A stretch of 64,000 bases of DNA. Origin: a virus (lineage: Duplodnaviria; Caudoviricetes). Positions 1-9,119 of this stretch are shown here, in pieces (positions within the stretch are counted from its first letter, which is position 1; each line of letters starts with the position of its first letter). Location of the stretch: the IMG/VR virus record IMGVR_UViG_3300025848_000001, positions 1-64,000 of that record; one strand, given 5' to 3'. Made by a program: the position numbers and the translations under genes. The notes beneath the pieces are model-generated. The model made no database searches. It was not told the origin of the DNA and saw only the letters and a list, made by a program, of their open reading frames with translations.

Positions 1-3000
1 CCTCATTTTAGCTAAGGCTACTGGATACATACTTGCAAAAACAATGGCTCTTTTTAGATTTTTATATTTATCAGACATTACTATGTGAGCCATAGTCTGT
101 CCTTTTTTCGTTTTATACGGAGTAAAGTTTACCACAATCTGCTCGTCCTCCGCAAGATCATATTCTCTTCTATACAAGTAGTCAATAAATAAATCATTAT
201 TTTTTGGATCAATATCTTTTACATTTATGTACCTAACAATACGATTATCTCCCACTAATATAAAGTACATTTGATTTGTTTCTATTTGTGTTTGTTCATT
301 ATGAAACAATCCTATGGAGCCTGTTTCATCTACTATCTCTACTCTTGCCCAACCGTCACCTCTTTTTATATTTTTTACCATTCCAAATATGACAAATGAA
401 CCAAGTGGATCAAAATCTTCTATTGGCCTTGCTTGGGCTTTTATTCTTGGAGGCAAATCAAGATTAAATGTAGGTATTCCTAAAAACTCATAATAAGATT
501 CAGATTCTTTGCCAGTTCGTGGGTTGTCATCAAAAGCTGCTGCCCCAATAGCATTTAACGAAGAAATTGCTCTTGAATTTATTCCACTTCCCTTTTTACC
601 TGCCTTGGATTTAAAATCTTCATAAGTAGAATATGGCCTGTTATTTATAATTTTATTTGCTATGCTATCTGAAATAAATTTAACTTCAGCAAGACCAAAT
701 CTAATTGAATCTCCTTGCAATGAGAAATTAATATCTGACTCATTAATATGTGGCAATTTAATTTTAAGACCTAATCTTTTTGCCTCAATTAAATATTCTG
801 TTCTTGTATCTTTGTCTCCTTCGTTTTTAAGGAGCGAGAATAAAAATTCCAAAGGATAATGAAGCTTAAGCCAAGCGGTATAATAAGAAAGCATAGAATA
901 AGCGACAGCGTGACTACGATTGAATGAATATCCAGCGTGGGCCTCAAATGTTTTCCAGAGTTGTTCTGCTTCTTGCTTGCTGATATGTAGCGAAGCGCCT
1001 TGAATAAATTTATCTTGGAACTGATCGAATTCTTTTGCATCTTTTTTCTTTCCAATAATCTTTCTTACCTTATCAGCTTCTGACCAGGTCATACCTCCCA
1101 AGTGTACGCAAGCTTGCATAACTTGTTCTTGATAAATGATAACTCCAAATGTATTTTCTGTGAAAGGCTTCATGATTGGATGTACAAACCTCACGGCCTC
1201 TTCTCCGTGTTTTCTTTTGATATAAGATGGGCCTACAGTATCCATTGCACCTGGTCTGACAAGAGCATTAGATGCAGCTAAATCTTCAAATGTGCTTACT
1301 CCCATTTTCATTAATAGATTTGTATACGGAGTTGCTTCAGCCTGAAATACACCCTTTGTATATCCTTCGCTTAATACTTTATAAACTTTTTCATCATTTA
1401 GATCTAGGGCTGATAGATCTATGTCTTTATTATATCTTTGCTTTATTGATTTTAATGTATCAGATATAACAGATAATGTTTTAAGCCCAAGAGCATCGAG
1501 TTTAATCAAACCTATGTCAGCAACAGTATCCATATCATATGCAACAACTGGAATTCTTCCAGAGACTTTATCTTGTGCATCTTCACGAGATTCTACTGGG
1601 GCGTACTTTCTAATATCGTCCTTTGCCACTACAACACCAGCAGCATGTACGCCTACGCTTCTAATCTTTCCACGAAGTCTTTCTGCAAGCCAAGTAACTT
1701 CTGGGTACTTTGTCCTAAATTCTTTTGTGTTTGGAGAATCTAAATAGTCTTCAAATGTATCGATTGATTTCAATGCTTTATTAACATCACCAAGGGGAAC
1801 CATAAATACACGAGCAGCATCTCTAATCACACCCTTATCTTTAAAATAAGTATATGTTGATATTGATGCTACGTGTTTAAATTTCTTTTTAAGATATTCT
1901 TTTACTTCTTTTCTGCGTCGATCCTCAAAGTCTGTATCAATATCAGGAAAATCATTACGTTCTGGATTAATAAAACGGAAAAATAGAAGATCATATTTAA
2001 TTGGATCAACATCTGTAATGCCAATTGTGTAACATACAAGTGATCCAGCAGCAGAACCACGTCCAGGCCCTACAAGCATGTCCTGAGATTTTGCCCAATT
2101 AATCATGTCGGCAACTACTAAAAAGTATGACGCAAATTTCTTTTGCTTAATTATATTTAATTCTTCATTTAATCGTTCTATATAAATATCATTATTATCT
2201 AATCCTAATTTTTTTAATCCAGCAAATGACATATCAGCTAATTTATCATCCGCATTAGTTTTAGGAACTGGAAGCAAGTCTAGGTTTTGATAAAAATCAT
2301 ATTGCTCTATTTTGTCTGCTATTTCTAATGTATTTTCAAATATATCAATTCTATTTATCCCAGACTTTTTAAAATCAACCTCAATTTCTTCACGAGTTTG
2401 TATAAATAAATTATAATCCTGAAAAGATATTCTTCTATCTGGATATAGATAATTAAATCTATCTAGCATATCTTTCATTTTACGTGATTCATCAAAATCT
2501 GCATCCTTATCCATTTTAGGATTTGTGGATAAAATAAGCATTGCTTCTTCTAATACTTTATCTTCACCGTTAGCAAAATGAGCATCTCCTGTTGCAACTG
2601 CCTTAATTTTAAGTTCATCTGCAAGTTCAAGAAGTTTTAAATTTATTTCCTGCGGATTATGAGACTGAACCTCCACATAAAAATCTTCTTGAAAAGTTTG
2701 TTTAAAATCTTTAAGTATAAGTTTTGCTTCTGAAAATTCGCCCTTTTCGATGCTCTTACTAATAAGACCATTAAGACATCCAGAAAGAACAATAATACCT
2801 TCCGCATATTCTTTTAACACCTCTCTATCAATACGTGGCTTATGGTAAAAACCTTCATTCCATGCAATCTCCTGAAGTGAATTAATATTCTCTAAGCCCT
2901 TTTTATTTTTTGCTAACAATATAATATGGTTATATGCCTGAATTGACTTATCTGTTTTAGAAGATCTGTCAAATCTATCAGTAGGAGAAATATATGCTTC

Positions 3001-3195
3001 TACCCCCAAGATTGGCTTTATATCATTTTCTTTGCATGCTATTTGAAAATCTCTATGAGATGACAATGTTCCATGATCTGTTATAGCAATTGATTTTTGC
3101 CCAGATTTTTTTGCTGCTAAAACTAGTTCGGCAGGAGAGTTAAGACCATCCATCAATGAATAATGAGAATGCACATGAAGATGCACAAATGACAT
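1..3195 (-). CDS. dnaE: DNA polymerase III alpha subunit (family C, PHP domain); 3' end runs off the window
   Basis: Absent from the ORF track because there is no stop in the window. Manual translation from ATG at 3195 gives MSFVHLHVHSHYSLMDG, ITDHG, GVEAY, VGPGRGSAAGSLVCY, FFRFINPERNDFPDIDTDF and YSFNRSHAVAYS, all hallmark DnaE motifs. Confidence 0.97.
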   Translation of the reverse strand, partial: MSFVHLHVHSHYSLMDGLNSPAELVLAAKKSGQKSIAITDHGTLSSHRDFQIACKENDIKPILGVEAYISPTDRFDRSSKTDKSIQAYNHIILLAKNKKGLENINSLQEIAWNEGFYHKPRIDREVLKEYAEGIIVLSGCLNGLISKSIEKGEFSEAKLILKDFKQTFQEDFYVEVQSHNPQEINLKLLELADELKIKAVATGDAHFANGEDKVLEEAMLILSTNPKMDKDADFDESRKMKDMLDRFNYLYPDRRISFQDYNLFIQTREEIEVDFKKSGINRIDIFENTLEIADKIEQYDFYQNLDLLPVPKTNADDKLADMSFAGLKKLGLDNNDIYIERLNEELNIIKQKKFASYFLVVADMINWAKSQDMLVGPGRGSAAGSLVCYTIGITDVDPIKYDLLFFRFINPERNDFPDIDTDFEDRRRKEVKEYLKKKFKHVASISTYTYFKDKGVIRDAARVFMVPLGDVNKALKSIDTFEDYLDSPNTKEFRTKYPEVTWLAERLRGKIRSVGVHAAGVVVAKDDIRKYAPVESREDAQDKVSGRIPVVAYDMDTVADIGLIKLDALGLKTLSVISDTLKSIKQRYNKDIDLSALDLNDEKVYKVLSEGYTKGVFQAEATPYTNLLMKMGVSTFEDLAASNALVRPGAMDTVGPSYIKRKHGEEAVRFVHPIMKPFTENTFGVIIYQEQVMQACVHLGGMTWSEADKVRKIIGKKKDAKEFDQFQDKFIQGASLHISKQEAEQLWKTFEAHAGYSFNRSHAVAYSMLSYYTAWLKLHYPLEFLFSLLKNEGDKDTRTEYLIEAKRLGLKIKLPHINESDINFSLQGDSIRFGLAEVKFISDSIANKIINNRPYSTYEDFKSKAGKKGSGINSRAISSLNAIGAAAFDDNPRTGKESESYYEFLGIPTFNLDLPPRIKAQARPIEDFDPLGSFVIFGMVKNIKRGDGWARVEIVDETGSIGLFHNEQTQIETNQMYFILVGDNRIVRYINVKDIDPKNNDLFIDYLYRREYDLAEDEQIVVNFTPYKTKKGQTMAHIVMSDKYKNLKRAIVFASMYPVALAKMR

Positions 3196-3216
3196 TAACT
3201 CTCCGCCTTTCGACTA

Positions 3217-3885
3217 CTACCAAGTTACATCGCTAGATGTAGATGGTTCTTCTTCTTCATGTCCGCCTTCTCCATTAAAGAAAGCTTCTTGATTCGCATA
3301 AGGTAGGTCACGAATCGCTGTTTCCTCAAGCTTATGAAGCTCAAGCCCAGAGGCATCAAACTTAGCCTCATCTTTGGCTAGTGGGATAATTGTATAGCTA
3401 GTATCTGTTTTTGTTCCAGATCTTTTAATTCTCCACATAAGATTTGTAATTGAACCCATTTCTCCAGCGTATTCTATTAAAGTTGGAGTAACTGTTTTGC
3501 CACTTGATCCCTGTGAAAGAATAGCTACGTACGGATCTTCTTTGCCATCATCAACTAATACATTTATGTATAAACGTGAACGGCCTTTCCATCCTGCCTT
3601 ATAGTCTTTTCTATGTTGCTCGCAACCCCAGCACTTACCCTGATCTTCCATTGTGCAAAGAGCCTTGCGACGATAATCTTTTGGGTTTGTGTGTTCTACT
3701 GCAATAAATCCAAGACCCAATTTATCATTATAATCTGGTGAGTCTGGGTCTAGCTCCTGAAGAAATCTAATCTTTACGCTTTCTCCATCTTCGAGTTTAA
3801 CCCAACGTCCCTTACTTTCTGAACCACTTGTTGATTGTGGCTTATCTATTACCTTTTTTAAAGCTGCTAATCCTGTAGCTTTCAT
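3217..3885 (-). CDS. Single-stranded DNA-binding protein (gp32-like)
   Basis: KIRFL beta-strand motif, Cys cluster (C-x7-CWGC), acidic tail ending in an aromatic residue (EEEEPSTSSDVTW); lies between primase and polymerase. Confidence 0.75.
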   Translation of the reverse strand: MKATGLAALKKVIDKPQSTSGSESKGRWVKLEDGESVKIRFLQELDPDSPDYNDKLGLGFIAVEHTNPKDYRRKALCTMEDQGKCWGCEQHRKDYKAGWKGRSRLYINVLVDDGKEDPYVAILSQGSSGKTVTPTLIEYAGEMGSITNLMWRIKRSGTKTDTSYTIIPLAKDEAKFDASGLELHKLEETAIRDLPYANQEAFFNGEGGHEEEEPSTSSDVTW

Positions 3886-3939
3886 AATTTCTCCTTAGTT
3901 TATATTTGACGGTATATATCCGTCTGTTTTTCTATTATA

Positions 3940-4935
3940 TCACGTTGCCCAAGATCGATATTCGAAATCGGATACCGCATTATTAATACATAGCTTTATT
4001 TCTTCATCTGTCATATCGCCAGCATCTTTTGCATCATGTGGATATATCTTACCATAATCATAAGAAGCCCACAAGAGGTTTTTATTTTTTAATTTACTTG
4101 CAATACTAATTCCCAAATTTCTTCCAGCCTCGTCACTATCAGTCATAATTATTATTTTATTAAAATACCTATTTAATAATTTAATATTATCTGTTGATAC
4201 ATGCCCGCCTAATGTTGCAACTACATTTGGAAATCCTGCTTGATGAACACGAATTGCATCAAAACTAGATTCCACTACTACAACAGTATCGCCAATTCTT
4301 TTAGCTCTATGAATATTAAATAAAGTTTTACTTTTAGGTAAATTTGTACTATTCTTAAATCTTTTATCCGATATAGATCTACCTACTAAGCCTACTGGAA
4401 CTCCATCTGGACTATGCACTGGAACAATAACCATATCTTGGTTAGAAGAATATCCTAATTTAAAATAATGCATTGAATCTAGGTTAATACCCCTACTTTC
4501 AAAATATGACTGAGCATGTTCACTTTTACCCAAATCACTATAAAGTGAATCAAGTATAGTTTGAGAAAATTCTATAAATTCTGGCTTATCTTCTAATATA
4601 GAATTTAATTCTTCTTCAAATATTTCTTCTTGGCTAGAGGATTTAGATGATATAAATCTAAGTGCTTGAAAATCATTTTTATCTAATATTTTTTTTACAA
4701 GATCAACTAAGTTGCCAGACTGTCCACATGATGGATTAAAGCATAGCCATGCTCCAGTTATTGTGCTTATACTAAAACTAAATGTGTGTACATTATTATG
4801 AAAAGGACAAAACATAGATATATTGTTATTTGATTCAGACAATATATCTAGCCCTAGAGCTTTTATTACACCCCTAATTTGGGACGGAGTGTACGTGGAA
4901 TTAATTTCCCTTGTGCCATTCCCTCTGTATCCCAT
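3940..4935 (-). CDS. DNA primase (zinc finger + TOPRIM)
   Basis: CPFH...CFNPSC zinc finger; VESSFD, TDSDEAG and KDAGD TOPRIM motifs. Start probably ATG 4935 (track extends to 4986). Confidence 0.92.
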   Translation of the reverse strand: MGYRGNGTREINSTYTPSQIRGVIKALGLDILSESNNNISMFCPFHNNVHTFSFSISTITGAWLCFNPSCGQSGNLVDLVKKILDKNDFQALRFISSKSSSQEEIFEEELNSILEDKPEFIEFSQTILDSLYSDLGKSEHAQSYFESRGINLDSMHYFKLGYSSNQDMVIVPVHSPDGVPVGLVGRSISDKRFKNSTNLPKSKTLFNIHRAKRIGDTVVVVESSFDAIRVHQAGFPNVVATLGGHVSTDNIKLLNRYFNKIIIMTDSDEAGRNLGISIASKLKNKNLLWASYDYGKIYPHDAKDAGDMTDEEIKLCINNAVSDFEYRSWAT

Positions 4936-5162
4936 GCCTTCTTCTTTCCCACATAAACTCCTTGGATAGTCATTAAAAACTTCCAAGTCTCACCATTAAA
5001 TTCTACCGAAAATGCTGGGTCTATGTCAAGTATTCTGACATAACCTTTATCTCTCATATCATGAATTAGTAAGCTTTCATACTGATGTCTAATCCTTATT
5101 ATGTCAGAATCATCTAAAAATTCTACATTAATTTGAAATCGCTTTATTCTTTTGTGTGTCAT
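4866..5162 (-). CDS. Hypothetical protein in replication operon
   Basis: 98-aa ORF overlapping both helicase and primase, co-oriented. Confidence 0.7.
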   Translation of the reverse strand: MTHKRIKRFQINVEFLDDSDIIRIRHQYESLLIHDMRDKGYVRILDIDPAFSVEFNGETWKFLMTIQGVYVGKKKAWDTEGMAQGKLIPRTLRPKLGV

Positions 5163-6393
5163 TATTTAATTCTGGTAAATTTTCATAAATAGGTTTGATG
5201 ATACCACGATTGATATCCCACTCTAAAAAGAATCTAAAGTCTTGTCCGTGACGGTTCTTTCTTGAAACTACCTCAACCAAATCTGTATTTGCATGCCTAT
5301 GAATTGCCATTGCCATATCAGCATCATATTCAATTGCTTTTGACCAAGCGACCTGGCTCATCATTGGAGGTTCTTTTTGATCAGATATATCATCAGCAGT
5401 TGCAGCAGTAATATCAATAATTGGAATATTATTTGATACTGCCAGTAACTTGAAGTCTCTTGAAATATTTCTATTTCTTTCTACTTCTGAATTACTACGC
5501 TTATTGTCATTAAATAACTGATGATAGTCAAGAATAACTAGATCTGGTTTGTGTTGATCAATTTTGCCCTGTATTGTCGCAGGCGTGACCTCCGCAGTGC
5601 CTTCGTTAGAAATAAGGATAAAACTGTTTTTCCCTGAAGTCGTTTTCTTTCCCCATGATTTGAAGTCATCTAAATTAATATCTCCTTTTGATAAATCGCT
5701 AGCTCTAAACAATCCAGAGCCTAGCATTGTGTATATTCTATCTCTCATATTCTCTGGAGCCATTTCCAGAGATACTATCATAGGCTTAAAGCCCTGCTCC
5801 CAAGCTTTGCAGGCAAGATATGAAGTAAACCATGTCTTACCCTTTCCTGGCCATCCTATGGCCACAATAAGGTGTCCTGGAGCCATGCCTGTGGGGTATG
5901 CTTTATCAATTGCATCAATACCCGTTAGTATTCCTGGGCTTCCGCCCATTGCTGCAGATCTTTCTTTTACAGATTGATAGTGTCTTTCTGCAGCATCTAT
6001 ATCAATTACATCAACATCTCTAACATTATTAGTAAACCTACTTAGTGTAGCTAATTGCGATTGCATGTTCCCAAGCACACGAGAAGCTGCATCTTCTTTT
6101 AGCGCAGAACCAGCCTGTAGCATAATTGTTTTAAGTCTACTTGAAACAAATTCATTCTTAAGTTTATCTAAATAATATCCAGTTTCTGCTGTTGTTTTAA
6201 CTGGCTCAAAGTCTTTATGGCGTTCCATTAGTACGCCAACTTCTGGAACCGCTTTAAACTTATAATAATATGATTTTAAACTATCCCATATATCTCTGTG
6301 TGATGAAAATAATTCATCTGCATTATCTGCTAACAGGGTGCTAATATCTTTATTTTTGCATACTGCAGATATTAATTCTGCCTCTGTATTCAT
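5128..6393 (-). CDS. DnaB-like replicative helicase
   Basis: Walker A GWPGKGKT, VSLEM, VILDYHQL, IEYDAD and KNRHG motifs. Confidence 0.95.
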   Translation of the reverse strand: MNTEAELISAVCKNKDISTLLADNADELFSSHRDIWDSLKSYYYKFKAVPEVGVLMERHKDFEPVKTTAETGYYLDKLKNEFVSSRLKTIMLQAGSALKEDAASRVLGNMQSQLATLSRFTNNVRDVDVIDIDAAERHYQSVKERSAAMGGSPGILTGIDAIDKAYPTGMAPGHLIVAIGWPGKGKTWFTSYLACKAWEQGFKPMIVSLEMAPENMRDRIYTMLGSGLFRASDLSKGDINLDDFKSWGKKTTSGKNSFILISNEGTAEVTPATIQGKIDQHKPDLVILDYHQLFNDNKRSNSEVERNRNISRDFKLLAVSNNIPIIDITAATADDISDQKEPPMMSQVAWSKAIEYDADMAMAIHRHANTDLVEVVSRKNRHGQDFRFFLEWDINRGIIKPIYENLPELNNDTQKNKAISN

Positions 6394-6704
6394 TCCTCAC
6401 CCTTAACTAATTTTTTTGTATTCTCAAGAAGAATATTCCTGAAAACTCTATCTTCTTCAATTTGCAACATCATATCTTCTAATCTGTCAAAATTAAAATA
6501 AAAAAATTGCAAAGGATGTTTATCCTTGCCTGTTTCAAAATAATATTCAAGAACCTTTTTTGCACGGTCATATCCTATACTATCTATGACATCTTGCATA
6601 GCCCACTTTTCTTTATATTTATTTAAAGATGGACTTTTACCATATTTATCTTTATATAAATTTTGATATAAAGATAATAGGATATATGGTTCTTTACTTG
6701 CCAC
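6390..6704 (-). CDS. Hypothetical protein (possible helicase loader/accessory)
   Basis: ATGA overlap with the helicase start; function from position only. Confidence 0.6.
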   Translation of the reverse strand: MASKEPYILLSLYQNLYKDKYGKSPSLNKYKEKWAMQDVIDSIGYDRAKKVLEYYFETGKDKHPLQFFYFNFDRLEDMMLQIEEDRVFRNILLENTKKLVKGEE

Positions 6705-6900
6705 TATTTAATTCTTCTTCCACTTCCTGTGTTTTCTCTACAAGCTTTGACTCAACAAACTTATAAACACGTTCAGTAGCCATGTCTACATTTTCTTCTG
6801 GGCGAACAAAATCCTCTACGCCAATACCAATTTTTATGCTTTCAAAATTTCCTAAATTTCTTGTAAATGATAAATCAACTTTAACCTTTGTCTCAGACAT
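6694..6900 (-). CDS. Hypothetical protein
   Basis: 68-aa ORF with upstream AGAAAGGCGG; overlaps the next gene. Confidence 0.7.
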   Translation of the reverse strand: MSETKVKVDLSFTRNLGNFESIKIGIGVEDFVRPEENVDMATERVYKFVESKLVEKTQEVEEELNSGK

Positions 6901-7013
6901 TATTTATGTTCCGCCTTTCTGTGTCTATTTAAAGTATCGTGAGCGAATATGCCCCATCGTACTTCTATCTCTTTATTACAAATATCGCATATAACGACTT
7001 TGCCTTTTTCCAC
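6900..7013 (-). CDS. 37-aa C2H2-type zinc-finger microprotein (not in ORF track)
   Basis: GTG start; MEKGKVVICDICNKEIEVRWGIFAHDTLNRHRKAEHK. TAGTG overlap upstream and TAATG overlap downstream fill the gap exactly. Confidence 0.7.
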   Translation of the reverse strand: MEKGKVVICDICNKEIEVRWGIFAHDTLNRHRKAEHK

Positions 7014-7492
7014 TAATCTGCCTTCCAGACTGGAACAAACCCAGTATCGGTCTTAGTATACAATATTAAATTGTGTTTGAGAAGAGCTTTTAATTCATTT
7101 TTTGAAGGCATATTTTTAGAATAACCTGATTCTAAAATAAACTGATGTATATCCATTATGTCAGATTCACTATACATAAATTTATACCAATCACTTTCAG
7201 GATTACCAATTGGATATACTTTTTGAGGATATTTAATTTTACCTTCAAGAATATAATCTTCAATTGTAATTTTATGTTTATTAAGAATTTGGGCCACCTG
7301 CTTAGTTGAATAAGCATTTTCCATATTTTTAATTACTTGTGAATAAGAATACAATACACGCTTTTTATCTGGATAACACCAAGCGATTAACTCGTCCTTC
7401 GCACGTGAATAATTTAATACTTTATGTATTTTATTATTTAAGAAGAAATAGATAAATCTTTTAGTTTGTTTTTTTCTACTTGTTCCAGCCAT
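7013..7492 (-). CDS. Putative DNA-binding protein (MerR/excisionase-like HTH)
   Basis: YSTKQVAQILNKHKITIEDYILEGKIKYP resembles an HTH_17/MerR-type HTH. Confidence 0.65.
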   Translation of the reverse strand: MAGTSRKKQTKRFIYFFLNNKIHKVLNYSRAKDELIAWCYPDKKRVLYSYSQVIKNMENAYSTKQVAQILNKHKITIEDYILEGKIKYPQKVYPIGNPESDWYKFMYSESDIMDIHQFILESGYSKNMPSKNELKALLKHNLILYTKTDTGFVPVWKAD

Positions 7493-7626
7493 CGCCCTAA
7501 TGCACTCGTATCCTTATTTATCATCCAACGCTTTCCGCATAATATGCAGAATAGCTCTACGTGAAGTTTTTGTGAAAATACACGATCAACAAAAACTCTA
7601 CCATTACATCTTCCACATTTCATCAT
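7438..7626 (-). CDS. Zinc-ribbon protein
   Basis: CGRC...CILCG; likely start 7626 (ATGA overlap with upstream stop). Confidence 0.7.
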   Translation of the reverse strand: MMKCGRCNGRVFVDRVFSQKLHVELFCILCGKRWMINKDTSALGRWLEQVEKNKLKDLSISS

Positions 7627-8429
7627 AATGTAAACACCTTGCCGTCTACTACACATGAATAATCTGGAGAAACTTGAATTAATTGAACATGTGGATATTT
7701 ACCATTTTCAATATGAGCAATTGCAAATCCTTTTTGCCAATCATGATGCTGCATATACTTCATGCCTGGACCTTTTTCATCACACATGTGTCCAATTTCG
7801 TATCCACGAATTGTTTCACCCTTACCCTTATTTCTAAGTTCGTATGTTTGAAAATGTGATGCCAATCTATGAGAATGTCCACGAATTAAAGAAACTTGTA
7901 AAGAATTCATATCAGCTCTTACCGCTCCAGCGTCGGCAATAGAAATACCATGATGCACATGAATATCTCCATAGCGTTTTTTTGGTAAAGCATCATAATA
8001 AATATAACCATATCCCAAAGAATCTAAATTCCATAGTGCTTCTGGTGTAACAATATTTATAAAATCTGGAAGTTTAGCATCCATATAATTAAAGATACGA
8101 ATGTCATGGTTTCCTAAAGCAGTAAATAGTTCTGCATCTGGTCCAGCAATTTCTCTATTTCTTGCATAAAATTCTCTTGCCCCTTTTGCCTCGTGCTGCA
8201 TTAAAGGAACAATTGCTGCTCCATTTTGATCTTTATACATTTTAAGAAATTCAGCAGATCTTCCTTCAGTATATTTGCTATAGCATGCCTGATCGTCTGT
8301 GTCTCCAAGTATATCAACTACATGAGGCTTAAACCATTCCATAACTTTAAACCAAAGTTCTATCATTTTATTATCTTGATATGGGAATTGCTGGTCGGAT
8401 GACAACATCCACCTTAAATCATTTGTCAT
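7623..8429 (-). CDS. Calcineurin-like metallophosphoesterase
   Basis: SDQQ, LGDTDD, GNHD, HHG and GHSH motifs in canonical order. Confidence 0.85.
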   Translation of the reverse strand: MTNDLRWMLSSDQQFPYQDNKMIELWFKVMEWFKPHVVDILGDTDDQACYSKYTEGRSAEFLKMYKDQNGAAIVPLMQHEAKGAREFYARNREIAGPDAELFTALGNHDIRIFNYMDAKLPDFINIVTPEALWNLDSLGYGYIYYDALPKKRYGDIHVHHGISIADAGAVRADMNSLQVSLIRGHSHRLASHFQTYELRNKGKGETIRGYEIGHMCDEKGPGMKYMQHHDWQKGFAIAHIENGKYPHVQLIQVSPDYSCVVDGKVFTL

Positions 8430-8511
8430 TTATTTCCTAAAATATATTACATTAACAATGCATTAATGTGTAGTAAATTGTAACATAAAAAAACAGGATG
8501 TCAAGCCTTAT

Positions 8512-8931
8512 TTATCTAGTAACTTCTCTGTTTTCAACAGCAATAAAATTAACTGTAACTGCTTTTGTATATTTATTATCTGAGCAATTAACATAAATTG
8601 TAGCAGCATTAGCACCAGTAACTTTTGATCCAACAGAAAATACAACATTGCTGCTTGATACATTTATTCCAAGAGATGCTACCATGTTGGGAGTAGTTTG
8701 AAATTGACCATTGAAATTAATAGTTTTAGTTCCCTTGCCAGCAGACATTGGAACTGATGTAGTATCTGCATATACAAATGGAATAGTGGATTTTGTAGTT
8801 CCGCCAGAAGTTAGGTTTAATAAATTATTAGATGCAGTCCAAGCTTCTGTTATGTTTGTCTGTAATTGATTTAATTGAGATGGATCTATTGGAGCGCCTT
8901 GATAAAATGTAACTGCTTTAAAATCAGCCAT
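8512..8931 (-). CDS. Tail-associated protein (beta-rich, H-type lectin/gp53-like C-terminus)
   Basis: INFNGQFQTTPNMVAS...VNFIAV pattern; last gene of the tail operon. Confidence 0.5.
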   Translation of the reverse strand: MADFKAVTFYQGAPIDPSQLNQLQTNITEAWTASNNLLNLTSGGTTKSTIPFVYADTTSVPMSAGKGTKTINFNGQFQTTPNMVASLGINVSSSNVVFSVGSKVTGANAATIYVNCSDNKYTKAVTVNFIAVENREVTR

Positions 8932-9076
8932 TGCCGTCCTCCGTCATGCTTTCTTTCTGTTCAATTAATTCTGTAATCTCTGCCCTTAACAATGCAATTT
9001 GGGTTTCATAATTAACTACCATTTCACCCATTCTTTGCTGTAAAGCAACTAATACTAATTCTATTTTTTCTGCCAT
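8924..9076 (-). CDS. 50-aa coiled-coil protein (not in ORF track)
   Basis: MAEKIELVLVALQQRMGEMVVNYETQIALLRAEITELIEQKESMTEDGNG; AAGGAG RBS upstream; overlaps the next start. Confidence 0.7.
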   Translation of the reverse strand: MAEKIELVLVALQQRMGEMVVNYETQIALLRAEITELIEQKESMTEDGNG

Positions 9077-9119
9077 TTTGCTCCTTTTAATATATTATAC
9101 ATAATTATATTGAAATTGT

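Noticed and set aside
662-1747. Short ORFs in the track (662, 789, 1272, 1421)
   Set aside because: They lie within dnaE, antisense or out of frame.
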